Assembly (NCBI GenBank): GCA_037444305.1
Contig: JBBIMP010000030.1
Location: 346-64,345, forward strand
DNA: 64,000 bases
Source: Acidobacteriota bacterium
GTDB lineage: Bacteria; Acidobacteriota; UBA6911
Direction: 5' to 3'
Numbering within the stretch: the first letter of the stretch is position 1; every line of letters begins with the position of its first letter. The notes below the pieces were generated by a model. It saw nothing but the letters and a program-made list of their open reading frames with translations. It did not search any database and was not told where the DNA came from. Positions 19,476 to 29,575 of this stretch are shown here, one piece after another. The position numbers were made by a program, and so were the translations under genes.

Positions 19476-22148
19476 TCAGGAAAAAAGCGGCTCGGCCTTA
19501 GCCGGATCGATCCCCAGTTCGCGGATCGCCTCCGAGACCATCACGGCCTTGACCTTCCCCTCCCGCGACAGGGCTTCGAGCGCCGCCAGAGCAATGAACT
19601 CCGCGTCGACCTCGAAATGGCGCCGCAGCGCTTCCCGCGTGTCGCTGCGGCCGAAGCCGTCCGTCCCGAGCGTTACGTAGCGCTGCCGGATCCACGGCCG
19701 GATGAGATCGGGTACCGACTTCATGAAGTCCGTGGCGGCCACCACCGGGCCTGCAGCGCCTTCCAGCGCCCTGACCACATGAGGCGCCTTCGCCTCGTCT
19801 TCCGGATGAAGCCGGTTCCAGCGCTCCGCGACGAGGGCATCCCTCCGCAGTTGCTGATAGCTGGGCGCGCTCCAGACGTCCGCAGCCACCTTGAACCGGT
19901 CTTCCAGGATCCCCTGGGCCCGCAGCACGGCCTGCATGGCCGAGCCGCTGCCGAACAGCTGCACCCTGAGTTTTCGCTTCTTTGCCGCCGGCTGGTAGAG
20001 GTAGAGCCCGCGGATGATTCCTTCCTCCACGCCGTCGGGCATCGGCGGGTGTGCAATGTTCTCGTTGTACAGCGTGATGTAATAGAAAACGTCCTCCTGA
20101 TTGGCGCACATGCGCTTCAGCCCGTCCTTAACAATCACTGCCACTTCATAGGCATAGGCCGGATCGTAGGCGAGAATGTTGGGCAGCGACGTGGCCAGAA
20201 GATGACTGTGACCGTCCTGGTGCTGGAGCCCTTCTCCGTTGAGCGTGGTCCGCCCCGCGGTGGCTCCCATCAGGAATCCCCGCCCACGGGCGTCGCCGAA
20301 GGCCCAGACCTGGTCCCCGGTCCGCTGGAACCCGAACATGGAATAGAAGATATAGAAGGGGATCGTGATCTCGCCGTGGGTGGCGTAGCTGGTTCCGGCG
20401 GCCGCGAAGCTGGCCATGCTCCCCGCTTCGGTAATGCCCTCTTCGAGGATCTGGCCCTCTTTCGACTCGTAATAGCTGAGCAGCAGGTTTGCGTCGACCG
20501 ATTCGTAGAGCTGCCCGACGGAGGAATAGATGCCCACTTCCCGGAAGAGGGAATCCATCCCGAAGGTGCGCGCCTCGTCGGGGATGATGGGGACGATGCG
20601 GCGGCCGATCTCCTCGCTGCGCATGAGCCGGCGCAGCAGCCGGACGAACGCCATCGTCGTGGAGACCTCGCGGCTGCTGCCGGTGCCCGCCTTGAACTCG
20701 GCGTACAACTCTTCGCCCGGAAGTTTGAGCGGCCGGCTGCGCACGATGCGTTTCGGCAGGCAGCCGCCCAGTGCCGCCCGGCGGTCGAGCATGTACTGGA
20801 TCTCCAGGCTCTTCGGGCCCGGGTTGTAATAAGGGGCTTCCTCGAGCTTTTTGTCCGAGATCGGAAGTTCCAGCAGATCGCGGAATTCCCGCAGCTGGTC
20901 GAGATTCATCTTCTTGAGCTGGTGGGTGACATTCTTGCCCAAAAATCCCTCGCCCAGAGCCCAGCCCTTGACCGTCTTGGCCAGGATTACGGTGGGCTCG
21001 CCCCGGTGCTCCACTGCATGCTTGTAGGCCGCATAGAGCTTCTGGTAATCGTGGCCGCCTCTTCGGAGCGCGGCCAGTTCAGCGTCGCTCAGGTGCTCCA
21101 CCAGCTTGCGCAGGCGCGGATCGGGGCCGAAAAAGTGCTCGCGGATGTAGTCTCCCTTGGAGGTGGCGTATTTCTGGTAGGCCCCGTCCACCGTGTCATT
21201 CATCTTCTGCAGCAGCAGGCCGTCCACGTCCCGGTGAATGAGGTCGTCCCACTCGCGGCCCCAGATGACCTTGATGACGTTCCAGCCCGCTCCGCGGAAG
21301 ACCATCTCGAGTTCCTGGATGATCTTCCCGTTCCCCCGCACCGGGCCGTCGAGCCGCTGCAGGTTGCAGTTGACGACGAAAACGAGGTTGTCCAGTTTTT
21401 CGCGCGAGGCCAGAAAGAGGGACCCGAGGGTCTCCGGCTCGTCGCACTCGCCGTCCCCCACGAAACACCACACCCGCGACCGGTCGGTGTTGACGAGGTT
21501 GCGGGCGTGCAGGTAGCGGTTGAAGCGGGCCTGGTAAAGCGCCGCCAGCGGCCCCAATCCCATCGACACCGTGGGGAACTCCCAGAAGTCGGGCATCAGG
21601 CGAGGGTGCGGGTACGAGGACAATCCCTGCCCCGGCACGGTCTCGCGCCGGAAGTTATCCATCTGCGTCTCGGTGATGCGGCCCTCGAGGAAGGCCCTGG
21701 CGTAAATGCCCGGCGCGGCATGTCCCTGGAAATAGACCTGGTCGCCCGCTTCTTCGTCCTTGCCCCGGAAGAAGTGATTGAAGCCGGCCTCGTAGAGGCT
21801 TGCAGACGAGGCGTACGTGGAGATGTGGCCGCCGATGCCGTCGTATTGGGTGTTTGCGCGCGTGACCATGGCCGCGGCGTTCCAACGGATCATGCGGCGG
21901 ATGCGCTTCTCCATCTGTTCGTCCCCCGGGAACGGCGGTTCCTGTTCGGGCGAAATGGTGTTGATGTAAGGGGTCTGAACCAGTTCGGGAACCCCCACGT
22001 GAAGCATGCGGGAGCGTTTCAGGAGCTTGCGGACGATAAAGCGCGCACGAGGTTTGCCCGCACGCCTCAGGAGAGCGTCAAAGGAATCGATCCACTCGCC
22101 GGTTTCGACGGGATCGACATCGGGCAGTTGCTGCTTGAATTCGCTCAA
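19476..22148 (-). CDS. aceE: Pyruvate dehydrogenase E1 component (homodimeric type)
   Basis: 890 aa. MSEFKQQLPDVDPVETGEWIDSFDALLRRAG... and the TPP-binding region GDGECDEPE are typical of AceE. Confidence 0.9.
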   Translation of the reverse strand: MSEFKQQLPDVDPVETGEWIDSFDALLRRAGKPRARFIVRKLLKRSRMLHVGVPELVQTPYINTISPEQEPPFPGDEQMEKRIRRMIRWNAAAMVTRANTQYDGIGGHISTYASSASLYEAGFNHFFRGKDEEAGDQVYFQGHAAPGIYARAFLEGRITETQMDNFRRETVPGQGLSSYPHPRLMPDFWEFPTVSMGLGPLAALYQARFNRYLHARNLVNTDRSRVWCFVGDGECDEPETLGSLFLASREKLDNLVFVVNCNLQRLDGPVRGNGKIIQELEMVFRGAGWNVIKVIWGREWDDLIHRDVDGLLLQKMNDTVDGAYQKYATSKGDYIREHFFGPDPRLRKLVEHLSDAELAALRRGGHDYQKLYAAYKHAVEHRGEPTVILAKTVKGWALGEGFLGKNVTHQLKKMNLDQLREFRDLLELPISDKKLEEAPYYNPGPKSLEIQYMLDRRAALGGCLPKRIVRSRPLKLPGEELYAEFKAGTGSSREVSTTMAFVRLLRRLMRSEEIGRRIVPIIPDEARTFGMDSLFREVGIYSSVGQLYESVDANLLLSYYESKEGQILEEGITEAGSMASFAAAGTSYATHGEITIPFYIFYSMFGFQRTGDQVWAFGDARGRGFLMGATAGRTTLNGEGLQHQDGHSHLLATSLPNILAYDPAYAYEVAVIVKDGLKRMCANQEDVFYYITLYNENIAHPPMPDGVEEGIIRGLYLYQPAAKKRKLRVQLFGSGSAMQAVLRAQGILEDRFKVAADVWSAPSYQQLRRDALVAERWNRLHPEDEAKAPHVVRALEGAAGPVVAATDFMKSVPDLIRPWIRQRYVTLGTDGFGRSDTREALRRHFEVDAEFIALAALEALSREGKVKAVMVSEAIRELGIDPAKAEPLFS

Positions 22149-22266
22149 GATTCTCTCTCTTCAAAAAGCTAAATGATAAAGGCGGGTTGAGGGCTTTTCA
22201 ATTCGCCTTTTGGCGCCGGCCGACCGGAAGTTCGGACGGCGCGGGCAATTCCCGGCACTCGGCCTG

Positions 22267-23388
22267 CTACCAACCCCGGAAGATTTCCCAGCGGTCCGCC
22301 ACGCGATCGCCCTCCACCACGTGGTAGTGGTTGTGCTGGGCCGCCGCGAGGCAGGAGTGGTTGGCGACAATGCGCACCCGCGCGCCGATCTGGAGCTTGC
22401 CGAAAGCCCCTTCGCCCGCCCCCTCGAGGACGCCGTGTTCCTGGGACAGGGACCGCAACCGCAGGCCCAGGTTTTCCCCGTCGGTGCTCAGGACGGGCCC
22501 GTAGCCGCATTCGGGGTCCAGGTCCGCCGGTCCGGGATCTTTCGAAAGGGCGATCGCGCCGGCATCAACGATCACCTTGCGGCGCGATGCGTCCCGGTGG
22601 ACGACGGCTGCCAGAACCGTGAGGGCGCAGTCTTCCAAGCCGCAGCTCCCCAGGCGAACCTGCGTGGCGTCGAAGAAAATGTAGTTGCCCGGCCGCGCTT
22701 CGTCCACGCCGTCGAGGTGGTCCACGCAGCTGATCGAGGGCGTGGACCCAACGCTCACGGTAGGGACCTCCACGCCGGCGTTTCGCAGCCGGGATGCCAC
22801 TTCGACCATCACGTCGCGTTCCTGCCGGGCCACGGCCAGTGTTTCCGCCCCGCTCCTGCAGTGGTAGGAGTGTCCCGCGTGGGTCAAGATACCGGCAAAC
22901 CGCAGATGGGAAGCATCCTGAATGGCGCGGGGTATTTCGACTGCATGCGCGGATTCCGGCTGGACCCCGCAGCGGTGGTAGCCGCAGTCCACCTTGAGGA
23001 AGACATCCAGCCCAACGCCCGCGCGCCGCGCGGCCTCGTTGAGTGGACCGGGGATCCCCGGATCGTCGGTCAGGAGAGCGAACTTCTCGCACTGCCTGGA
23101 AATCTCGATCGCCTCGGCGAACTTCCCCGGCTCGATCGGAACGGCGTAGGTGACGTCCCCGAACCCGGCCGCGGCAAAAGCCCGCGCCTCTGCCAGGGTC
23201 GAGACCGTGATCGCACCCGCATGCCCCGCCGTCTGGATGCGCGCCACCTCGACGCACTTGTGGGTCTTGATGTGCGGGCGCAGCCTGGCGCCCATTTCCC
23301 GAACTCGTCCTCCGATCCTCGCGGCATTTTTCTTCACGCGGTCCGCATCCAGCAGGAGACAGGGGGTTTTGAGCGACTGCATTTTCAT
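22267..23388 (-). CDS. Alanine-racemase-N-domain / D-serine dehydratase-like PLP enzyme (DSD1 / D-threonine aldolase family)
   Basis: LLLDADRVKKNAARI...RLRPHIKTHKCVEVA carries the PLP-lysine motif. The C-terminal D-Ser-dehydratase-like region is present. Confidence 0.7.
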   Translation of the reverse strand: MKMQSLKTPCLLLDADRVKKNAARIGGRVREMGARLRPHIKTHKCVEVARIQTAGHAGAITVSTLAEARAFAAAGFGDVTYAVPIEPGKFAEAIEISRQCEKFALLTDDPGIPGPLNEAARRAGVGLDVFLKVDCGYHRCGVQPESAHAVEIPRAIQDASHLRFAGILTHAGHSYHCRSGAETLAVARQERDVMVEVASRLRNAGVEVPTVSVGSTPSISCVDHLDGVDEARPGNYIFFDATQVRLGSCGLEDCALTVLAAVVHRDASRRKVIVDAGAIALSKDPGPADLDPECGYGPVLSTDGENLGLRLRSLSQEHGVLEGAGEGAFGKLQIGARVRIVANHSCLAAAQHNHYHVVEGDRVADRWEIFRGW

Positions 23389-23431
23389 TGTGCGTTCTCC
23401 GGAAATGTGACCAGGAATCAGTGTGAACGGC

Positions 23432-24430
23432 TCATTCCTCTTTCAGCGATCTGTCCATCAGCTCGCGGATGGCCTCTCGGGGCGTCACTTCCCCCTCCAG
23501 GAGCCTGTGCACCTGCCGGGTTATGGGAACCTCGATTCCGAGTTTCCGTGCAAGGGTGTATGTCGCCCTCGTGGTCTTGACTCCCTCGGCCACCATGCGC
23601 ATGGAACCGACGATCTCCTGCAGCGACCTGCCTCTTCCGAGTTCATATCCGACCGTCCGGTTCCGGCTCAGGTCGCTGGTGCACGTGAGCGCAAGGTCCC
23701 CCATGCCGGCCAGGCCGGCGAGCGTCTCCGGGCGCGCGCCGCAGGCGCAGGCCAAACGGTTCAATTCCGCCAGGCCGCGCGTCAGCAGGGCGGCATTGGT
23801 GTTGTGCCCCAGTCCAAGGCCGGCGATGACCCCGGCGGCAATGGCGATCACGTTTTTGACGGCCCCGCCCAGCTCGACGCCGATCACGTCGGTGGAAGTG
23901 TACAGGCGCAATGATTCCGAGGAAAAAACCTGCTGCACGCGAGCCGCCAGCGCCCCATCCACGGATGCCACAACCACGGCCGTCGGATCCCCGCGGACGA
24001 CTTCCTTGGCGAAGCTAGGCCCCGAGAGCACGCACAGCCGGGGCTGGAAACGGGGCGCGATGACGGCCTCGATGACCTGGCTCATCCGCATCAGGCTTTC
24101 CGTTTCGATCCCTTTCGTGGCGCTGACGAAAATCATGCAGGCTTCGAGCCATGGGAGCATCCGCTCGAACAGCCCGCGGCAGACGTGGGAGGGCATTACC
24201 GTCAGGACGATCGCGGCGCCGGCCAGCGCTGCGCGCAGGTCGCCCGTAGGCACGATTCCCGCCGGCAGCTCCACCCCGGGCATGTAGAGCGAATTCTCGC
24301 GGCGGCGAAGGATGCTCTCCACCACCTCCGGTTCATAGGCCCATATTCTGACAGGCAGGCCTTTGCGCGCCAGCGTGAGCGCCAGCGCCGTCCCCCAGTT
24401 CCCGGCACCTATGACCGTTATGTGTTCCAT
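23432..24430 (-). CDS. gpsA: NAD(P)H-dependent glycerol-3-phosphate dehydrogenase
   Basis: MEHITVIGAGNWGTALALTLARKG... together with a typical GpsA body. Confidence 0.9.
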   Translation of the reverse strand: MEHITVIGAGNWGTALALTLARKGLPVRIWAYEPEVVESILRRRENSLYMPGVELPAGIVPTGDLRAALAGAAIVLTVMPSHVCRGLFERMLPWLEACMIFVSATKGIETESLMRMSQVIEAVIAPRFQPRLCVLSGPSFAKEVVRGDPTAVVVASVDGALAARVQQVFSSESLRLYTSTDVIGVELGGAVKNVIAIAAGVIAGLGLGHNTNAALLTRGLAELNRLACACGARPETLAGLAGMGDLALTCTSDLSRNRTVGYELGRGRSLQEIVGSMRMVAEGVKTTRATYTLARKLGIEVPITRQVHRLLEGEVTPREAIRELMDRSLKEE

Positions 24431-24776
24431 GCGACCGATCCATCGTACACAAGATGCCAGGACCGGATCAACCGGATGCAGTCAGGCGTTGACAGTTCTG
24501 CCGGCCGGAGGCGAGCCGCCGCCAGCCCGGCTGCCCGCCGACAGGGTAAGACTGAAAAACGATTGCTACAGGACCGGCGAGCTAGTAACTTAGCACCTCC
24601 GACCGGGGATGCGGCACGGCTCCGATCACAACCCGAACCTAATCCCAAGATGGCGATGGCGAAGCAGCGGAAGAAAGAATCTCAAAAACAACGCCGGCAT
24701 CCTCATATTAAGGAGATTGGAGTGGCGGGAAGAGACTGGAGCGGGGGGAAGAAAACGAGCATTCATCTGGCCGTTG

Positions 24777-25199
24777 ATGCCAGCGACATTGCTGGCGCTG
24801 GCGGTCACCGCGGCCGACGCGCGGCTCGCTGGCAGCGCCAAGGAGGCCGCCGCGCAGGTGCACGACAGCTTTGCGCGCCAATCCTCCACGACCTGGTTCC
24901 AGGGGCACTGGGGATTTCAGTACTACATGGAACTGCTCGGGGCACGGGCGCTCGACTTCAGCAACGCCACCCTCAACTCCGGCGACTTCCTGGCAATCCC
25001 TTACAACAACACCAACATACAGGCGGTTTCCAGCGAGCAGATGATCCGAAGGTTGATGATCGAACAGATGCCCAATCGCCTGCTGGGGACGATGAACCAG
25101 AATGCCGGCGCCGGATTTTACTCGGACATCTGGGGACCCCTTCCATTTGCTGTGGGGCCCATGGCTCCAGAACGGGTTGAGGTACTGCAGGTAAAATAG
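24777..25199 (+). CDS. Hypothetical protein, possibly secreted (or a C-terminal fragment of a larger gene)
   Basis: The translation is protein-like with GC3 bias (...TWFQGHWGFQYYMELLGARALDF...). The ribosome-binding site is weak. The frame upstream of the ATG is Arg-rich and looks like non-coding sequence. Confidence 0.35.
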   Translation: MPATLLALAVTAADARLAGSAKEAAAQVHDSFARQSSTTWFQGHWGFQYYMELLGARALDFSNATLNSGDFLAIPYNNTNIQAVSSEQMIRRLMIEQMPNRLLGTMNQNAGAGFYSDIWGPLPFAVGPMAPERVEVLQVK

Positions 25200-25239
25200 A
25201 CAGGCAGGCGCCGCATCGCGGCCGGACAGGACACCCATC

Positions 25240-26007
25240 GTGCTGCACGACAAACGAATCGCAGTCATCATGCCCGCATACAACGCCGCCAGAACGCTCC
25301 GGCGCACCTATGACGAGGTCATGGCCCAGGGCATCGTGGACCAGGTGATCGTCGTGGACGATGCCAGCCGCGACGAGACCACGTCGATCGCCAGGACCCT
25401 GCCGCACACGCAGGTTCACACGCACCCCGAAAACCGGGGCTACGGGGCAAACCAGAAGACCTGCTACAGGCTGGCGCTCGAGGCGGGATGCGACATCGTG
25501 ATCATGGTCCACCCGGACTATCAGTACACCCCGCGGCTTATCCCAGCCATGGCCTCCATGATCGCTTCCAACCTCTACCCCTGCGTCCTGGCCTCGAGAA
25601 TTCTGGGGGGTTACGCGATGAAGGGGGGTATGCCCATCTGGAAGTACGTGGCCAACAGGTTTCTCACGCTTGCCGCCAACTTCCTTATGGGGGCAAAGCT
25701 CTCCGAGTACCACACCGGTTACCGGGCGTTCTCCGCCGACCTGCTGCGTGGCCTTCAGCTCGAACATCTCTCGGATGACTTCGTCTTCGACAACCAGATG
25801 CTGGCCCAGATTCTCTGGCAGGGCCATACCATTGCCGAGGTTTCCTGTCCGACGCGGTACGAGGCCGACTCCTCCTCCATCAACCTTCGTCGCAGCATCA
25901 CCTACGGGATCGGCTGCCTGCGCACGGCCCTCGCCTTCAGACTGGCCGAGATGCGGCTGATGGAATCGGCATTGTTTCCCCGCGAGATGCACCGACGGAC
26001 AGGTTGA
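25240..26007 (+). CDS. Family 2 glycosyltransferase (polyprenol-phosphate hexosyltransferase-like, DPM1/ArnC-like)
   Basis: RIAVIMPAYNAARTL...VIVVDDASRDET...GYGANQKTCYRLALE is a GT2 signature. GTG start. Confidence 0.8.
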   Translation: MLHDKRIAVIMPAYNAARTLRRTYDEVMAQGIVDQVIVVDDASRDETTSIARTLPHTQVHTHPENRGYGANQKTCYRLALEAGCDIVIMVHPDYQYTPRLIPAMASMIASNLYPCVLASRILGGYAMKGGMPIWKYVANRFLTLAANFLMGAKLSEYHTGYRAFSADLLRGLQLEHLSDDFVFDNQMLAQILWQGHTIAEVSCPTRYEADSSSINLRRSITYGIGCLRTALAFRLAEMRLMESALFPREMHRRTG

Positions 26008-26206
26008 AATCCGGCCCGCATCCGCAGTCCGCCGGCTGTGTCATGTGACCTTCGAAAGAGCGCTGCAGAGGGGTGATTCGTCCTCGATTCACCTTGCAGG
26101 CAAACCGGCAAATGAACAGAATAGCCCCGGGCTTACTGATCCGAGAGCCGGGATGCTCGGAATCGCCGACATTCCCGGCAATAAAGAAGCAACAGGAGGC
26201 AACACC

Positions 26207-27097
26207 ATGACGTTCGAAAAAGTGACTGTGATCGGTTGCGGGCTGATGGGTGCCGGCATCGCCCAGGTCTGCGCCCAGGCCGGCCGCAAAGTGACGGTGG
26301 TGGAGGTGTCGGAGGAGCTGCTGAAGAAAGGATTTGCCTCCATCGACCGCTCACTCGGCAAGCTCGTCGATAAGGGCAAGCTCGAAGGCGCGGCAAAAGA
26401 CAGGGCGATGGGCCTTTTGAAGGGCACCACGCGCCTCGAGGATGCGGCCGACGCGGACCTGGTGATCGAGGCCGTCATCGAGAACATCGAGGAGAAGAAC
26501 AAGCTGTTCGGGAGGCTGGACCAGATCTGCCGGCCGTCGGCGGTTTTCGCCTCCAACACCTCGAGCCTGTCCATCACGCGCATGATGACGGCGACGAGCC
26601 TCGAGCGGCAGCGCCGCTTCATCGGCCTGCACTTCTTCAATCCCGTACCCCTCATGAAACTGGTCGAGGTCATCCGCACGATTCTGACCGACGCCGCAGT
26701 GTTCGAACAGGCGGCCGCCTTCGGTGAAGAGATCGGCAAGGTCGTCGTGCGCACCTCCGACCGCACGGGCTTCATCGTCAACCGGCTGCTCGTCCCCTAC
26801 CTGCTCGACGCCATCCGCGCCCTGGAAGAGGGAGCCGGATCCATAAAAGACATCGACAACGCCATGATGCTCGGGTGCGGACATCCCATGGGGCCCTTTA
26901 CGCTCCTCGATTTCGTGGGACTGGATACTACATATTACATCGCCGACATAATGTTCAACGAGTTCAGGGAGAAGCGGTTTGCGCCGCCGCCCTTGTTGAA
27001 GCGGATGGTGATGGCGGGCCTTTACGGGAAAAAGAACGGCCGCGGTTTCTACGATTACCAGGATCCGAAAAATCCGGTCCCGATCCGGCTCGCCTGA
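26207..27097 (+). CDS. hbd: 3-hydroxybutyryl-CoA dehydrogenase / 3-hydroxyacyl-CoA dehydrogenase
   Basis: MTFEKVTVIGCGLMGAGIAQV is an NAD-binding motif. An AGGAGG ribosome-binding site lies 8 nt upstream. The C-terminal 3HCDH domain is present. Confidence 0.85.
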   Translation: MTFEKVTVIGCGLMGAGIAQVCAQAGRKVTVVEVSEELLKKGFASIDRSLGKLVDKGKLEGAAKDRAMGLLKGTTRLEDAADADLVIEAVIENIEEKNKLFGRLDQICRPSAVFASNTSSLSITRMMTATSLERQRRFIGLHFFNPVPLMKLVEVIRTILTDAAVFEQAAAFGEEIGKVVVRTSDRTGFIVNRLLVPYLLDAIRALEEGAGSIKDIDNAMMLGCGHPMGPFTLLDFVGLDTTYYIADIMFNEFREKRFAPPPLLKRMVMAGLYGKKNGRGFYDYQDPKNPVPIRLA

Positions 27098-27199
27098 TGC
27101 CCGAACCGGTCGCTGCCGGAAGGCAAAAACCGCCTGAACTTCCGCCCACGCCCGCTCGTACTGGCATTCAGGACCGCTGAGGGCGAAGCTGCGGCAAAG

Positions 27200-28861
27200 T
27201 CAGCGCTGGATCGTCTCCCGCACGAGATTGGCCGGCTCCAGGAGCCTGAAGACCGGATACGCCTGGGGACCGCCGCCCCACTGCACCGTAAGGTAGCGGT
27301 CGAAGAAATTCCAGACCAGCAGGCCGTCGTCGCTTTCCGGCTCCAGCAGGACCGCGGCCAGCCCGCCCAGCGCCTGCGCCGTGCTGACGTAAATCGTCCC
27401 CGCGGGAAACTCCCTCTCCACCCTGGAGTAGGAGCCCTTCACCGAGGTCGTGTAGTGCCCCTGGTTCAGGCGGGTCGCCCCGGTCACCTCGGTGGTGGTG
27501 AATAACTCCACGGCCAGGCGCGCCGGTTCGACCAGCCGCTCGACAGTAAGCCCGTGATCCAGCAGTTTCTTCACGACCGCTTCATCATGGATAGGGATCA
27601 GGTAACCGCGGGGGAATGGAACCGTTCGCTTGGCGGTGTATTTCGCGAAGTAGGGAACATCGGTGTAGGTTTTTTTCCGGTCTGTCACCCGGAAGCGGGG
27701 CCGGGCCCCTCCCTCCTGCGTTATCTCCATCTCATATCCCAGGATGGTGAGCCTTTCGTCGATCGGTTCCCGGTCGGTCTCCACGATGAAAACGTCGTTC
27801 TCCGACGGCGCCGAACCTTTGGCCACCGCCCGCCTGTCGGCTTCGCGCACGAGCGCCACAACTTCGTCCCTGTTCGCGTGCAGGTGGTCCAAAAAGGCAA
27901 GAAAGAGGTTGTAGCAGCCGCGCACCCGCGTTTCGAAATCGACGTAGGGGTACTGCTCGTTCAGCACCGCAAGCCGGTTGCGCACGCCCACGTAGTTGCT
28001 CAGGTAGCGGATCTGCGCCTCGAGCGGAACCCACCCCTTCTCCGGTTCGCGCACGTCCATGAAGTCCCCGTGCGGCAGCGTGAGGGTGCCGTATCTTTCC
28101 TTCATCTGCTTCGTGATGGCCGGCAGCAGCCTGTCGGACATGTACCGGAGAATCGCGCTGTCGCCGTTCGGGTTCAGTCCCCAGGTCCAGGTGACCGGCT
28201 CCTCGTGGTAGGAACCGTTGTGCGTGTGGCTGTCCAGAAAGAACACCGGATCCCACCTCTGCAGGACGTTGCGCACCAGTCCCTGCACCTCCGGGCTTTC
28301 CATTTTGGCGCCGTCGCGGTTGAGGTCGAGATTCTGCCCGTTGTGGCGCACTCCCACCCCCTGCTCCGGGCCGCGCTGGTTGCGCCGGTTCTCCGTGCTG
28401 ATCTTTTCGTTGCCGTCGGCGTTGAAGATCGGCGCGATCAGGATCACGAGCTTGTCGAGATACTCGGGCGTTCTGCCCTGGAGAATGTCCCTTGCCAGCA
28501 TCAGGGCGGCCTCCTTGCCCTCCACCTCCCCGGCGTGGATGTTGGCCTGGAAGTAGACGACCGCCCGGCTGTCGAAGCGGAGGTCGGCAGGAGATGCGGG
28601 AACCGGTTTTCCGATCACGATCAGCGGCACATCCCTGCCTTCGGGGCTCGTGCAGAGTGTCTCGACACGCACCATCGGGCTCAGCCGCTGCAGTTCACGG
28701 ATGAAACCCATGACATCCGCGTAGCGCGAGGTGGCCTTGAATCCGCTCGTTTCCGCCACCGTCAGCGGTCCCGGCTGCTGGGCAGCGCTCCACGCGGGTC
28801 CGCACAGTATCATCACCATTGTCAGAGCTGAAATCACCATCGTTGCCGGCTTAGGTCTCAT
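27200..28861 (-). CDS. M14 family zinc carboxypeptidase-like protein, secreted
   Basis: HAGE zinc-binding motif (QANIHAGEVEGKEAALML). Signal peptide MRPKPATMVISALTMVMILCGPAWSAAQQ. Confidence 0.7.
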   Translation of the reverse strand: MRPKPATMVISALTMVMILCGPAWSAAQQPGPLTVAETSGFKATSRYADVMGFIRELQRLSPMVRVETLCTSPEGRDVPLIVIGKPVPASPADLRFDSRAVVYFQANIHAGEVEGKEAALMLARDILQGRTPEYLDKLVILIAPIFNADGNEKISTENRRNQRGPEQGVGVRHNGQNLDLNRDGAKMESPEVQGLVRNVLQRWDPVFFLDSHTHNGSYHEEPVTWTWGLNPNGDSAILRYMSDRLLPAITKQMKERYGTLTLPHGDFMDVREPEKGWVPLEAQIRYLSNYVGVRNRLAVLNEQYPYVDFETRVRGCYNLFLAFLDHLHANRDEVVALVREADRRAVAKGSAPSENDVFIVETDREPIDERLTILGYEMEITQEGGARPRFRVTDRKKTYTDVPYFAKYTAKRTVPFPRGYLIPIHDEAVVKKLLDHGLTVERLVEPARLAVELFTTTEVTGATRLNQGHYTTSVKGSYSRVEREFPAGTIYVSTAQALGGLAAVLLEPESDDGLLVWNFFDRYLTVQWGGGPQAYPVFRLLEPANLVRETIQR

Positions 28862-29026
28862 GGATGCGCCCCCGGGCATTGGAACCTCGAATTGGACATA
28901 AGGTGTGCAGCATGCGGCGTAGGATAATGAAACGCGCGGCAGCTTCGCAAGCTTCATTCCCGGGCGGAATCCCGGGGTGGAATGACTGGCGGGGAGCCAA
29001 GTTGTTGTCCTCCCTCAGGGAAGGAT

Positions 29027-29575
29027 TCACAGCCCGAGGATGATACGGCTCATGGGGAGGCGTCTGCCGCTTTTGGCCCGGCTGATTCCGGCTCGCCGGC
29101 AGAAGGCCAAGTTTGCCCTGACCAGGCGCTCGTTGAGAGCGTCCAGGGGCACGAGGCGGTCTTTCATCAGGTCAGCGGCCGCGGAGGCGCGGCTGAAATT
29201 CAGCGGGCAGCAATCGACTTCCAATTCCCCCGTGGCGGTTTCATAAAGCAACGGCAGGCCTTGGGTCCTGCAGATGATGGGGCGGTCTCCGTAAATCGCG
29301 CAGAGGTCGTGCACGAGCAGGGGGCATGGCGCCTCCTTTCCGCCAAGGGCGGCGCTACGGGCCGCGCGCGCCGCCCGTATGATTTCATCCATGATCTCAT
29401 CCGGCATCCGGGAGAGAGCCCGGCGCACCTGGTCGGCCTCCACTTCGAAGACCGAGAGATCGTGGGCGCAGCAATCGCTGCAGCCGGCGCGGCAAACCAA
29501 GTGCCCGGCATAAAACAGACTCAGTTCGGCCGCCAGGCGGTCCGCCGCACCCCGCAGATCAAGGTACAGGCTCAT
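29027..29575 (-). CDS. YkgJ-family (UPF0153) Cys-rich zinc/iron-chelating domain protein
   Basis: Cysteine clusters CRAGCSDCCAHD, CPLL and CRTQG...CCPLNF match the CxxCxxCC putative Fe-S/Zn domain. Confidence 0.65.
   Translation of the reverse strand: MSLYLDLRGAADRLAAELSLFYAGHLVCRAGCSDCCAHDLSVFEVEADQVRRALSRMPDEIMDEIIRAARAARSAALGGKEAPCPLLVHDLCAIYGDRPIICRTQGLPLLYETATGELEVDCCPLNFSRASAAADLMKDRLVPLDALNERLVRANLAFCRRAGISRAKSGRRLPMSRIILGL

Noticed and set aside
19440-22172. 910-aa ORF on the plus strand
   Set aside because: It is the exact antisense shadow of aceE, which has unmistakable E1 motifs. The shadow frame has no motifs.
24185-25180. 331-aa plus-strand ORF
   Set aside because: Arg/Gly-rich with no domain. 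The overlapping frame-0 ORF (24777-25199) has better coding character, so I kept only that one, at low confidence.
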